A stretch of 64,000 nt of DNA from NCBI GenBank assembly GCA_027604505.1, contig JADIIX010000070.1, forward strand, positions 1-64,000, read 5' to 3'. Of the stretch, positions 12,868 through 27,693 are shown piece after piece; position 1 is the stretch's first letter, and the number at the start of each line of letters is the position of its first letter. The notes below the pieces were generated by a model. It was not told where the DNA came from, searched no databases, and saw only the letters and a program-made list of their open reading frames with translations. The position numbers were made by a program, and so were the translations under genes. Origin of the DNA: Gonapodya sp. JEL0774. Lineage: Eukaryota.

Positions 12868-14289
12868 ATGCCCTGCGTTAGTCCTCAAGCTCTGCACTCA
12901 ATATTTACACCATGTGCTCTTGACGGACACGGGGAATCCCGAATCTGTGTTCGAGGCCTTGGAGACTCTTCGAGTAGAGGCCTTAGCAGCTGTCTTGGGC
13001 GGCGTAAATGTGGCTGTTGATGTTGTGAAGGCTTGTGTGAGAGGAGCTGTGTCTGCAGCAACAAAGGTGAGTATCATTTGAATCGTGGTCAATGTATGTA
13101 ATCAACGAAACCTGGCGAGGTTGCAGGCAGACAACCATCGTACTGAGCAGATGCAAAAGCCTATCTGGGTTGCAAAGCTGGATCAGGCATTGCGGTCATT
13201 GTTTGACAAAATTGCGGACAGGTTGGTGAGAGGAGAACCTCACGATAAAACTTACCTGACACCACTTTTGCAGAGATACTTCGCTCGAGTTGAAAGGGCA
13301 ACTATTGCTTTGGACCACGGTTGTAGCTTTCAAGCAAATAAATAAGGTGAGCGAATAGTTTTGTCTGTCTTGACGTGCAACTAATGTCCTTCATTGGAAC
13401 CCCGAGACCGGCTCACACACCAACTTTGACTACTACTTTATGAAACTCATTACGCAACCGTGGAATGATCTTTCTATCATCCAGTCGACAAAGGCCGACC
13501 TCGTGTCGTATCACTTTTTGGTCGGTGTCTATCGATTGACGGACCATCATTTCCTCGCAGTGAGTACGATTGTTGGACTGGACGGTTCCTGATCAGGTTA
13601 TTGCTTCATAATGTGACCCATTCAAGGCCGAACCCCATCTTGCGTATGCGTTCCGACATTGCACACTGACACATCCTTCGAACCGAAGGAGAGCATTAAC
13701 CTTCCTCTCTGCGGCTCGGCTCATTCTGGGCAGAACCCCTCCACAATCACTCATCGAAAAGTATGGTCTTTCTGAGACATTTACGCCTCGGCTTGTCGAC
13801 AGATGGCGAATAGGAGACTATCACGGCTTTATGGCTGAGGTCGAATCTCGGAGAGAATGGTGGTCATCTCGAGGCCTATATTCGGTAATGAAGGAACGCA
13901 CGAAGCTCGCTATGTGGAGGAACTTACTTAAGAGGACGTAAGTCGGCTGTGAGATGGTTGAGCGTGAATTTTATGTGAAAGCGTTGCTCCCAATCCACGT
14001 CAGGCACTCGTTGCTTTTCACCCTTCCCACGCCGCCACCCCACTTCACTCTTGAACATGCTCATATCGCACTACTCGTATCTGGGTATCCTGTTACTATG
14101 GTATCCACAGAATCTGCCGTTCGCTCTCTCGCACGACAAAAACTCACAAAGTTCAGAGTCCTGCATGAATCGGGTAGAGTGGTGCCTCCAATTCAGGGTA
14201 AGAGAGTCCGTGAACTTTGGCCTGGTGTCTGGGATACTATGACCCAAGAGAAGTTGGTATTTGGGGTTATAGAAGAAATAGAAGAATGA
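12868..14289 (+). CDS. Divergent PCI-domain protein, PCID2/Thp1/Csn12-like (multi-exon; start approximate)
   Basis: Spliced translation KADLVSYHFLVGVYRL..HFLA|AEPHLAYAFRHC..NRRRALTFLSAARLILGRTP..LIEKYGL..GDYHGF..RGLYSVMKERTKLAMWRNLLKRT follows the PCID2/Thp1 pattern. A winged-helix-like last exon ends at 14289. Confidence 0.7.
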
Positions 14290-14370
14290 TTTTGAAGCTC
14301 GAAGTTGCGCGCCAGTTCAACCACGACTCATACTCACAAACTACATCGAACATCTGAAACGAGCTTCCAA

Positions 14371-17300
14371 ATGGATCCAGATGATGCAATATCTAACGAG
14401 CAAATGAACAGTAGTCGAACTCACCCTGTGGAGGAGTGCGACCTGAAGCCTACTGAATCCATGTCCGATACAGCACATCCAATCAGACAGCCACGCAGTC
14501 ACCAAGAGAATCGAGAAGAGAAGCAGGACACTTTACGCAACTTTTCTCGGCCTGGTTTCGCGGAAAGTAGTTCCAGATGGGGATGGAATACGCTCGGTGG
14601 GAAAGCCGCAAGCGCGTTCCTTCGATCTTCATCAGAAATTGGCAGTGTCGCAGAACCAGCACAAGAGAACGAAGAAGGAGATGTCAGACGAGCGTCCAGA
14701 CAACGGCCGAGGTGGATTGTTCCACCGGAGTTCATGGATAGGGTGTTGAGTCCAAGTGGACCCCAGTACGTTTTGGAAGTCGCCCACCAAATGTCAGGTG
14801 ACTGTGATTTATTTGAGTCACTTTTACCAACAGACTCTCAGCATTCTCCTCTCGGCGGGAAGTACCATCTCACCTGATGGTTGGAGCACAGGATGATGAA
14901 CAACTTCAAGATGATCCCGAATGGGAAGACCGAAAGACAGAGCGACGTCGCACCAGTGAAGATGACTGTGCCGGAATTGGCCATGTCTCACCTGTTCGGT
15001 ACCCTAACTTTCATCTCGACGGATTTCAAAGTGAAGTAAGATGTTCGGACACTTTGGAAGAGTTCAGTGATGATGGAACAAATGAATGCCAGCGCGTGGA
15101 CTCTCTGTCGCCGGAGCTGAGTGCAGCCGACTTGAATGTCTCTACTGCCGATGAAATGGATGTTCCGCCTTTTGCGTTGGTACAGTATCATACCCACCAA
15201 TTACGCGATTCGGACAATATTGTGATCGTACAAGACCCTCAGATTGGCCAAGACGGTAGCTTGTTTCGCTCGATGTACATTCCTCGTCCGCTACCTGGAC
15301 GGTATCGTGATTTCGATAGATATCCTCCGCACCTTCAATGTGAGGATAAGGCGACCCAGAGCGGAGTATCAGACTGTCGCACTAAAGAAGAGCTTGAAGT
15401 GTCAAGTGGGAACTCCAAGATGATCAGCATGAGCAGAGCTTCTCCCGCCGCTCCCCCCACTCGCCCTGTCACACCCATTTCTGTACCACCTTCGCCTACT
15501 CCGTCCATGGCATCAATCGTGCCCGAGGACCCTGCTTCAGCACTCACTCTTCCTTACCCGCTGCCAGCTGAGGATTTTGCTTTTATCTCGAATCAGGATC
15601 TGACGTACGTCCTCGCATCTGGACGGGCGCGATCTATTCTACTCTCCTCGCTTCCCAGTTGTGCAACTGCAATAGACTCTTCCCAGTGTATTACAGCAGC
15701 CAGCAGTAGTACCTTAGAGCCACCTGCCTCGGGGACTATGCAAACTATGCAATCGTCAACATCTCTTGATTCGCTCCCACTACCTCTACTCTGCACAATA
15801 TGCACGCAACCTTTTGTGGATCCGGTGCGAAGTCCGGGATGCGCTCATCATTTTTGCCGTGTATGCATTTCCCGCTGGTGTGGTCAGTTTACTCAACCGC
15901 CAGTGATGGCACGAGGCTTGACGCCTTCCTCAGCCTCGTTCCAACCAAAGACACCCACATGCCCACAGTGTCGGGCTCCTATTGAAGGTGGGGCCGGTAG
16001 TCTTGGGGTAGCAGATCCTGCTGTTCTTGAAATGGTTAAGCGGTGCGTAGTTAGGTGTGTAAATCGGGCCAAAGGCACTATTGCATCAAAAACGGACATT
16101 GGTGCAAGTGACTCATCGGAAGGGGAAGGCCCTGATTCGCCAGGATGTTCGTGGATCGGACCTCGTGCGCTTTTGCAGGCGCATCTCGAAACATGCCTTC
16201 ACAGTATCGTGACCTGTAGCAGCTCTCGCAATGGTGGTTGTGGCCGAGGCGTGCAGCGGAGGTTGCTGCCAAACCACAGGAAGACATGCATGGAAGTTCT
16301 CGTTGGATGCTCTGCCCGGCGTATTCCACCGCCGCACAAGCAAGCACGGTCTACCGACATTACCACTGCTTTCCTTCCTGGTTGTGTCGCGAGATTTCCG
16401 CGTGGAAAAATGTCTTCGCACGCCGCCGTATGCCCATTCCGGGCGGTGCGGACAGTGCTATCCCGACTGGACCCAGGCTCTTGGGAGATTGTGGTCGGGC
16501 AGTGCAGGGTTACTTCTGCGCTTGTTGGGACGTGGGGCCTAGTCGCGGGTTCTACGTCATCTGCAGGCGGATTGGGCACCGAGCAAGCGACGAAAACTGA
16601 AGCGGACCACACCAATGGCATGTGCTTGTCGAGTGGAATAATGTGTGATCTTCTTTCTGCATTTGCACCATCAAGCGAATCCGCCGCGCACAATCCGGTT
16701 CATTCGCTGCCACCGTTCTTGAAAACCCCAATGGATCAGGTCCTTGGTCCCCTGGCCAACACTGTTTCTCAACTTACAGCAACAGTGAGTGAGCTTTCAT
16801 TGACCGTGACGTCCCTCCAAACTGCGTTGAGTGCTGTATGCGCTGACGCCTCTGTTCTTGAGCGGAGAGTAGTGACACTGGAGACGAAACTCGAGACCAT
16901 ACAAAGGGAAGATCTGGCTGCTCTGCGATCTGATGCTGTGGAGGCCAAGAGAGATGTGGAGAGCCTCAAAGTGTTGGTTGAAGGAGCTGTCGCTGTCGGG
17001 GTGATCGGACGAGGATCGATGGCACACACCACAACCGGGTCCACAAGGGAGAGACATTCGAGAGAGCAAGCATCAACCCCACTCACAGTGTCTGGAAGAG
17101 AAACCGTGAGGAGGACCTCAGCATCAATTCAGACGAACATATCCCTCCCAACACCACATATGTCCTCTATGCAACTTGTTGGATCGGGTGGATCAAATGA
17201 CGGGGCGTTGGCGATGCGGAGCTACAATCTTGATGGAAGCAGCTCTGGTACATCGGCTCCGCTCTTTGCCGGCCTTGCGAGTGCTCGCAGCAAGCGGTCT

Positions 17301-17396
17301 GCATCTCGGACCAGACCGCCAACTCTGCCTCTTGCGTTCGGCCAACATTGGCCCACCTCTGGCCATCCGATCAATTTAGGAAGAATAACGAGATGA
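14371..17396 (+). CDS. RING finger / TRAF-type zinc-finger protein with coiled coil (putative E3 ligase); 5' structure uncertain
   Basis: C3HC4 RING CTICTQPFVDPVRSPGCAHHFCRVCISRW...CPQCR, then VRCVNRAKG..GCSWIG..HLETC and further Cys/His TRAF-type fingers, then a heptad coiled coil. ORF 14877-17396; upstream ORF 14371-14877 may be an extra exon. Confidence 0.8.
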
Positions 17397-17963
17397 GTTG
17401 GTGCCCAAGATATGATGCTGAATCTAGATTCGAGCGTTATTTCTTGATAGACTTTGTCAGGTTTTATTCAAACATGTGATATGACTACTATAGCTTGGCG
17501 AACAGGACGTTCTTTATTCGACTATGATCTCGATGGATTGCAACGACAGTTCCACTCTTTTACACCCAAAATGCAGCTCAGAGCGTGTCCATATCCTAGG
17601 AGTCCGTTCCATGTCACGCTTTGCTATGTTGTGGCCGCCCAAGTTGGGGCAAAGGAAGGGAGCCACACAGCCGAGGGAGACATCATATATTATTATTAAA
17701 CGCCACCCAGTGGCCTTGGCATGGATACAAATACATTGATGAAAGCATTTCTGATATGGTCTTTTCACGATGTGCACTTCAACAGAAAAGTACGCGAAGT
17801 CCCCCCTTCCTTGCTGTATTGCATGATCGAAGACGTGAGGTCACATGCAGATATCGAACACTTCTGTTCAAGAGAGTCTCCGCTAATCGTCATACTTGTA
17901 TCAGTGTCGCCTGGAGTTCAGTCTATTTTCTGCCTTTATCCTTCGCTCTTGCCGAGAACGAGA

Positions 17964-19785
17964 ATGCTTGAGGGAACAAAAATCAAACTGCTGTTGATCG
18001 GAATTCTCCTCCAGTTTCTTTTTCACACGGCACAAGCTCAGCTGACGCAGTGCCTGCAATCCATACATGATGTTGAGATCTATACGCAGGATTCTGGCTT
18101 CGCATATGATGAATCCCGAACTGGGGTTCGTGTGCGACAGCAGCACTATCCAGCAGCAATCGTTTATGCTTCTTCGATATCTCAAGTGCAACTTGCAGTG
18201 AAATGCGCTGTTGCCGCAAATGTGAAAGTTGTGCCACGTAGTGGAGGGCATTCGTGAGTGACTTTTCATATGTGCATCACATTCGAACTTCGCTCTTACG
18301 ACCGGTTCTAAACTTAGATACGAGGGCCTCAGCTCACTGGATAATCAGCTTGTCATCGATATCTCGGGTCTTGCAGGGGTCTCTGTGAACTCTGAATCGG
18401 CAACCGCGACAGTTGGTGCTGGAATCCGTTTGGGCAACCTGTATGTTGCTCTCGATGCAGCGGGATTTACTTTCACAGGCGGAACATGTCCTTCGGTGGG
18501 CCTGGGTGGGCACATGGCGGGAGGCGGCTTTGGCATGCTCGCGAGGAAATATGGGCTTCTTGTTGATAACGTACTGTCCGCCAAATTGGTGGATGCGGAG
18601 GGAAACCTCCTCGTTGCAAATACCACCAATAACGACGCGCTGTTTTGGGCAATAAGGGGAGGAGGCGGGGGCAGCTATGGAATTGTGGTCGAGGTCACAC
18701 TCGAGGTGTTTCGCTCCCCTTCGTCCACCGTCTTCGAAATCATGTGGGAAGGTTACCAAAAATCTGTGCTGAACGTCTACCAGGTATTTGGTCTCAATGC
18801 TCCTCCGGAGCTGACCACGATGTTGAACTTGAACGGGGGGCGTACAAGCGTGACTGGGAGATTCCTTGGGACGCAAGGTGATCTGGAAGCTCTTATCCAA
18901 AATTCTGGTCTCCTTGACATTGCTTCACCATCACTGACCTATCACGTATGCTCGTCTTTGGGAGCACAGGCTGCTTTTTATGACCCAAATTTCAGCTGTG
19001 ACAATGTCGATCTTCTCAGCACTCCATCACGGTTGAGCCCGGAGAACCGCGAGAACTCAAAAACAAAGAGCGACTTCTTCTCGCGTATCATCCCAGACGC
19101 TGGACTCCAAGCCATCGTTGACGCAGCGAACTTTTTCCCGTCGGATGGCATGTTGATTCAGTTTCACGCGTTCGGGGGCTTCATGGACTGGGTGAATGCC
19201 AGTGCGACCCCGTATCCACATAGGAACGGAACCTTGATGTCGCTGCAGTACGTGGTCTATTTTGATAGCTCTCCCGAACCTCCAAATTCAACTCGCTTTC
19301 AGTGGATCTACAATCTCGAAAATGCATTGAAGCCATATGTCGATGGATCACATTATCAAGGTTATGTGGATCTCGACGTTTTACCAGGGTCTTATTTTGG
19401 AGCAAACTGGGCGCGTTTGATTGCCATCAAGGCACAGTACGACCCTCACGGCCTATTCATGAATCCGCAGTCCCCACTACCCCCACTACCTGTCGACGAA
19501 TCAAACCGCTCCACCACAACCGTCAGTTCCATTCCCACAGACACTCAACCTGCCAGTTTTGGACCAGTTGATGCGAAGCTCCGTCTCCTCCTTTCTTCAT
19601 CCACCATGACATCCGTCTCCTCTGCATCCACTATCGCATCTTTCTCCGTGAAGGCCGCTGGGCCGCAACCCACCGGTGGACCAACCCCACGTCTATCGGC
19701 TGGGACCGAGAATTACATGCCGTCGCTTTTGACAACTGCTGTCAGTTTTGTGGTAACCATTTGGGAATGGGTTGCAATGATTTGA
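17964..19785 (+). CDS. Secreted FAD-linked oxidase, berberine bridge enzyme-like / CAZy AA7, with Ser/Thr-rich stalk and hydrophobic C-terminal tail
   Basis: Signal peptide (KLLLIGILLQFLFHTAQA). PRSGGHS|YEG across one intron, GTCPSVGLGGH, LFWAIRGGGG, BBE motif YQGYVD..SYFGANWARLIAIKAQYDPHGLF. Confidence 0.93.
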
Positions 19786-19872
19786 TTTTGCTACGTATCA
19801 ATTCGTATTGAAAAGTTTTTATCAGCGGCAAATGGAATAGTGTATTACATTATAAAAGTACAATTGATGAGT

Positions 19873-20905
19873 TTATCCCAAGAAGGTCAGCGATTGATCT
19901 ACAATGAGTTGTCGTGAACAAAAGTTACGTACAACAATGAGAAAATAGACCGAGTGAAATGAAATCAGCGCATGCAACGCACCGTCCGCAATGTCCAGCC
20001 GATTCTTTTGCTTTATTCGATCATCTTTGATGAGTCGGGAGTCTTTTCGGTGGTCGTCACCCTCTACCCCGATCGCCATTTGTGGAATTTTCGCTTCGAT
20101 GACATAGTGGTTGTCACAATGGGGACAGTACTCATCGGAATCGTCGTAGTTACTGTTGGTGCAATACGTGAGAACAGTGTCAAGCATCACATTCGTGAAC
20201 GGCAGAAGCGTCGATATGTATCGCCGTATCCCCCAATGGGAATGTTGACCCCTATATAGACACTAATTTGCGCTGAATCCATTGCTTAAAGACACAATTG
20301 CTCTCGTCGACGCAAGTTGGGCATGTTTTTGATAGACCATGCGCTGTAGGATCCATGCCCAAATCCAATTGATCCATTTGAAGTTCCGCGACCATACTCC
20401 GGTAAGGGAACACCAGAAAGCCACTCTCGAAGTGATTTCCCCAACGCTAGAGCCCTGTCCTTCCGGAGAAGCTAAGAGCTTCGGCGTCTGAGCTAGCGAC
20501 TTTGAAACTCACGTCATGTCTTTCCGGAACACCTTTTTACACTTCTTACACGCAAACACCATTTCGTTTGTCTTGCGTAGCCCATGTGTTGAGACCTCGG
20601 CGTGGCACTCTGCACAGTCAAACCAGCGCTGACAGCAAGGAGCACGGATGGACACCTAGGAGGGATCGGCGGTTCCCAGGAGTGAGCCCACACGCAACAC
20701 GAGAAAGCATCCAGAGAAATTTCATTGGCCACGGGAGTGGAAAATATGGCGATTAGAGCGTTTCGTCGGGTAGAATGAGGGATATCGTTGTGCATTTCAG
20801 TGGATTGACAAGACGTCAGTGAAATGATTTGCGGGCTAGGAGCCGCAAGAGCACACGCGTTTGGGATATGATGGTCACCTGTGCGTTGAGAATGTGTTTG
20901 CACAT
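19873..20905 (-). CDS. Small CHY zinc-finger protein (4 exons)
   Basis: MCKHILNAQ|VSIRAPCCQRWFDCAECHAEVSTHGLRKTNEMVFACKKCKKVFRKDM|..DSDEYCPHCDNHYVIEAK..|QSLTFLG*. Confidence 0.9.
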
Positions 20906-21202
20906 GGGCGCAGGAAAGTTTCTGTGAGGGAGTTGTTATCAAAGCCTTCGTGTCCACTTCTGTGAGTATCACAATTCAGACTGATTCTACATGGTCTGCA
21001 ACCGTGATACATATAAATTCATTGTGGAGAAATGGAACGTGGCCAGCTTTTATTCACAGGGAAATACTACACGCATACGTTCACAGGACAATCCGTAAAG
21101 GTTCTCTACACCCCTCCTGATTCCACAGGCGCTCGTATTTGAGAAACATAGCCGCCGCCAACATGCCATCTCCCCCAAATCTTTTCCAACGAGATTCATT
21201 CC

Positions 21203-22651
<1,449 letters not shown>

Positions 22652-23545
22652 TGAGATCTGCGACCGGGAACCGTCCAGGAAGGGAACAAGAAACGCAGCG
22701 GAAGTTTACTTTGAGTCGCCGACTGAAGACACGCGCCGTTTACGTGAACCCACGTTCTGATGTTTTGGTTTGGGTGTTCACAAACGAAACTCCAAACCTA
22801 CCCGTTGCAGGCAAACCTCGCCACAAAATCACAAACCGTTTGGAAGATCGCAGAAGGACAACGAATTTGCCATGAACCACCAAAACTTGAAGTCAATCGA
22901 CTCGGAAATGTTGCCAAATGTTTTTGTTTATTTTTTTTTGGCTCTTGAGGATCTGTTGAATACGTGATTTGAGCGAAAGGATGGCACCACATTGACCGAG
23001 GAGGCAAGAACGCAGTTACAACGATGGAGGGAATTAGTTAAGCTTTTCTTCGCGTGAGAGGTGCAAGTGATTAGCTTGTTGTTGGTTCTGGAATTCCCCC
23101 GAGTTTTGGACAGTAGCGGGGGAACTCCAACCAAACTCGCTCCCACCATAAAGAATATCTCACCGAACAGTGGAAACTCTAAACGTTTGCCGGGGGTGTT
23201 CCACCGGCGTAATTTTGTCATCTCTGTCGAATTTGGCACCTGTTTGGTTTGAACGAAGAGGAACAAAACTTCAGGAAGTAGTCAAACAACCTCAGCTTAT
23301 TCAAGGCGGTACTCGTATTCGATTTGAAACTACAGTACAATCAAATTTTGCGGAAGAAGGTTTGCAATTGTTTGCACAGGTCGATGCATTATTGTATTGT
23401 TACGTCATCTCCATCATATTTCTCTTCATAAGAACCAACCCCGCGGGTAATTTCAACTCTCTCGTTCACCGCCTCAAAGCCCACCACCGAAAACTTCGCA
23501 GTCGCCACCTTCTCTCCTACTTACATTGCCAGGTCGACAATATTG

Positions 23546-24156
23546 ATGTCTTCCTCACGAGCCGCCGGAGAAGCTGCTTTTGTCGGTACTGACCGTCCAC
23601 CGCACTTGCCTAAGCAAGCCACCATTGTCCATCATGCGCCTCCTTCCAACACTCGCGCAATAGGCCAAGCTACGCCGGTGGGAGCTCTGAATGACACGAT
23701 CACGACAGTTGTTGAACCACCCCCAAGAGTTCCGTCCAACGTTCGAGCGGCCGGGGAAGCATGGCCAGTTAATCGGCCTATCGGGAAAGAAGATTGCTGG
23801 ATGAAAGAGGGTGGTGGGGATCCGGAGTCGGACGTTCGGATTGGGGACAGGGGAACTTCCTCCACTGTAGGTGGTAAACTGGAGCAGATTATTGGCAGAG
23901 CAGAGGTAAGCTTCGCCGAGAAGAGGTCAACTTTATTGTGACTTGTGTGAATGACTTTCTCCTATGCAAACATTGGCTCCACTACTTTGTAATTCCTCCC
24001 GCGTCCCGTCCCCCGCAGCACGGTTTCGGAGTTCTATTTCGCTCTCCAAAACTCCAAGCTGATGGGGACTTCAAGGTGATGGAGGGGCAGGCGCGGATCA
24101 GCGCAGCAGAAGCCGAGAAGGAGATGGAGCGTTTGCGAGGGGGGAATGAACATTAG
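23546..24156 (+). CDS. Small hypothetical protein, CsbD/LEA-like C-terminus, one intron
   Basis: ORF from ATG 23546, donor GTAAGC after RAE, second exon HGFGVLFRSPKLQADGDFKVMEGQARISAAEAE. GKLEQIIG..G..LQADG...EGQA resembles CsbD-like stress proteins. Confidence 0.55.
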
Positions 24157-24339
24157 GTTGAGGGTGATAATACAATCAAAACCTGATTCATTACACATCG
24201 CGAGCGTTCAAACATTACATAAACGCGCATAAAGAAACAGCAGCAAAACTAGAGTCCATTCCGGAACAAGAACAACGGCTCTCGAAGTGATCTACTGATT
24301 ACTGCTTCCCGCCCTTCCAACCCACCATCTCTCCCACTT

Positions 24340-27300
24340 CTACGATTTCCCACCTCCCATTCTCCCCAGAACCTCTCGATTTCTCTTCAACGTCTCTGCC
24401 AAAACGTCCGCCACCTCCCTCTTCCCCATGAGACTTCCGACGCCTCTCACAACGTCCGCAGCCTTGCCCGTTGCAAGTGGAGGAGGGTCCGAGTCTACCC
24501 GGTAGTGGCTCTGCGGAAGCCGAGGTGCGAGAGAGAGCGAGTTTGATCGCCGATGGTCGCGATCGACAATGGGCGACGAGCCGGATACGGATCCCGATGC
24601 ATGGTACGTTGGTGAACGAGGGGGAGAGGATGGCGGCGGAGTTGGAAGGTGTGTTGGAGGGCTCGAATTCAACGATGGAGAGCGAGGAGGTAAAGGATAA
24701 TTGGTGTTGTGTTGGAGTATCTTGAGGCAGGTGTCAACGATAGTCCGGAGTGGAAAGCTAGATTCGATCAGGTACGACATGCGGGATGTAGTTACAATTT
24801 AAGATGACCGTAGCATCAAGAAGCACGCTTTTTCACGTACCTTGCTCCTGTGACTCGATTCCAGCCTCGTGCCGGCAGCGCGTGAGTACGGTACATGTCG
24901 GTCATCGACTCTGTCGAACTCCGAGGCGTGGTGTGAGGCAGAGCTATCGGACATGTAGAAGCGTACTAAAATGAACCGAAAGAGCATTCGTGAGTGCTTC
25001 ACCGAACGGTAGCCCACTATATTTCTTCCACTGTGACTCACTCTTCCACCATCCGACGTTTCAACTACCACACCTGCGCCTCCTGCAACTGCGAAAACCT
25101 CATCTTGACCCTGCACATGCACACACCTGTACACCACGCCATCCCGCGCCATGGCCAAAACTCGTCGTGCAGGGAATGCGGAGCCGAGTTGAGGCGCCAG
25201 AGGTGGTGGGCGTGCAGGAGGATGCGTTGCGTTCAAAAAAGAAGACGACGAGTAGGGGAAAGGATGCGATAAGGCGGAGTTAGGGGAATTGGGCGGGGAG
25301 AGCGGGGGAGGGACATATGTTGCATTCAATGTATGCGATGGTGAGATGGAGAGAGATAAACTGGGGGGAGGGAGTGGTGATGTAATTTGGTTCGAGGTTC
25401 TCGGCAAAACGCGGGAGGTTGATGAAGTGGAGGTCTCTGTTGTGATGGAAATCGTTCGTTGGTGATCAGTTCTCATGAAAAAATGGTGCATTACCACAGG
25501 ACCGTGGTAGCACCACTTGAAGCTCAGTGAAATGCATTTCGCAAACTCGATTGACGGTTGGGCAGCTTCCGAACTCAACATAATCCAAGCACATGACACC
25601 CAGCGCCGATTACAAAACTCACGTTCAACCCATTCCACCACCAGCGCCACGATCTCCTCCCAAATCTTGGGCGGATCTTTTGTCGAAAACGGGCCTTGAG
25701 TACACCTCGCGTAGGCGTACCGAAACCTGCGACGGCCTACGACAGCGGTGGAGGCTGTGGTAGTCGGCGTGGGCGAGGATGCGCTACCACCATCTAGATG
25801 CGGAGGGGAGCTTACTCTGCGGCCCGAGAGCGAGCGGGCAAGGGAGAGGACGAGGGTCCGCGTCGTGGCGGGTGGGGAGGCAGGGTCGGTACTGGTAACG
25901 AAGGGAGGGAGAGTTGTAGAGAGTGATTTTGGTGGTTGCTCTACAGTGTTGAGCGTTGAGGTATTAATGCTCGTATTGCGGGTGGTAGAAAGCTTTAAGG
26001 GCTGCTGGGACTCCGCGGAAGCGAGGGATATCCCGCTGTCCATGCGGTCTGCTCTATTAGGAGTTTGGTCGGGTGTGCTACGGGTACTGTCGCTTCCACT
26101 CCATTTGCTTAGACCATGAGCACCAGCAGCAGTGTGCGTGTTGTTGCCACTCGAGCTGCCAAACTGGGATTGTCCAAGAGTTCCCATTCCGTCGGAAAAG
26201 GAGACAGATTTTCGGACGGGTGAAGATCTGGAACCATTCGCAGAGGTTGCTGTGGCAGACGGGCGGCGGGGAGTAGTTTGCGCCGGATTTGGATGTGTGC
26301 TGCTCTTTGCACCCGCTGTCACCGAATGGCTCCTCTGAGACGCTTTGAGTCCTGTACCCCCACCTGAGCCCTCGGACATCACCTTGGCGAGTTTAAGTGG
26401 TGGATCTAACACCGTCGCATGCCTGCGGAATACATGTTCGTCCACTTCGCCGTCAGGGTCATGAATGAGAGCGGGAAAAGACACCCAGAACAAAGATACG
26501 TGAGGGTACACAGTAATGGTCGAGCGAGAATCAAGAGACGTTAGTTGGACGGCGCCTGAGGAAGTCACAGTGAAGTGGGGCTTCGAAGGCTCAGGTGGCT
26601 GGCCAGTTTGAGAAGGTTGGGATGAAATCGAAGGCCAGGATATAGATGTGATGGCAAGATTTGTCTAAAATGTTCATGTGAAGATTAAGAGGACAAATGG
26701 TGACACATTGTAATGGAAAGTTGTGCACATTATTTTGCACGTGATGGGACACCGCTTTTGCTTCATCCATCACAGCACATCCAAAGGTCAAAAACTCGAA
26801 TCCACATTGTGCTCCGACACACCACACTCGTATAAATGCGGACACTGACACATAGTACTTGATGTGGTAATTTCGCTTCGACGCCCTTGCTCGAAATAGA
26901 ACACCGTCTCTGACCTTGCTATATCTCCTGCCAACCTCTCCCACAAGAAAATACCTCTTTGTTAGGATAGGCTAGCGAAGCGTTAAGAGAAAGCAGGTTG
27001 CACTTCGATAAGTCGCATCGGCTATCCACCAACGCCCCACCTGCTCTTCCGGAAGCCCTGATAACCAAATAGCTGGAATCCATTGCAACGCACCTGCTCG
27101 CACGACTCCAGCACTTTCTCGTCAACCAATCTTCCACTTGCCGGTAAAAACACAGTTGCATCCGGCACGGCTGCGTTCCTGAACCGAAGACAGGCAGCAA
27201 CCGCGTTCCTGTACATGGAGAGCACGTTCGCCGTGGAAAACCGAACAGAAGCTCGGGGATCTTGCGAGATTTGAGCCAATGCCGAAGCACCGGTCGGCGT

Positions 27301-27450
27301 CAAATGCACGACAGTCTGAGAATGTGACGTCCCAGCAGGGACCGCCGTCACCGACTTGTCGCCCAGCAGAAACAAACTTAAATCCAGTGGAATATCTTTC
27401 GTCGTTTCATTTCTCCAATAAATATTAGCGTCCATCGTCGGCGGCTGCAT
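24340..27450 (-). CDS. C5orf34-like (DUF4524-type) protein, multi-exon
   Basis: VHLTPTGAS..RFSTANVLSMYRNAVAACLRFRN and EISWP..SGAVQLTSLDSRSTITV resemble, from memory, the N-terminal blocks of animal C5orf34 (LQLSPCG..THFVISTYREQL..ALDFRN; EVRWP..SGIVKITSLDG). Confidence 0.65.
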
Positions 27451-27693
27451 TATAGACGGGTTCGGTTGTAGTTCTGTGGCCTTTCGCGCTCTCGAGTTCG
27501 ATCGGAACAGTTATCTTCACAAACACAATACCAAGTACGCCATTCTACGCGTTTATTCCTTTACAGATCAAATACACAGCCCTCGTTTTGATATTCAAAG
27601 GTAATCCAGAAGAAACCACGGCGACGGCACATCCCACCAAATGAGTGAACCGTAGCGCCAAAAAAACGTCCCACGCATCGACTCCATTCAGCT

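Noticed and set aside
13343..13345. Apparent premature stop in the PCI gene
   Set aside because: An upstream intron shifts the frame (..FKQINK|), so the stop is not in the spliced frame.
14875..14879. TGATG stop-start overlap suggesting translational coupling
   Set aside because: In an intron-rich eukaryote an unresolved intron or chance is more likely; there is no supporting evidence.
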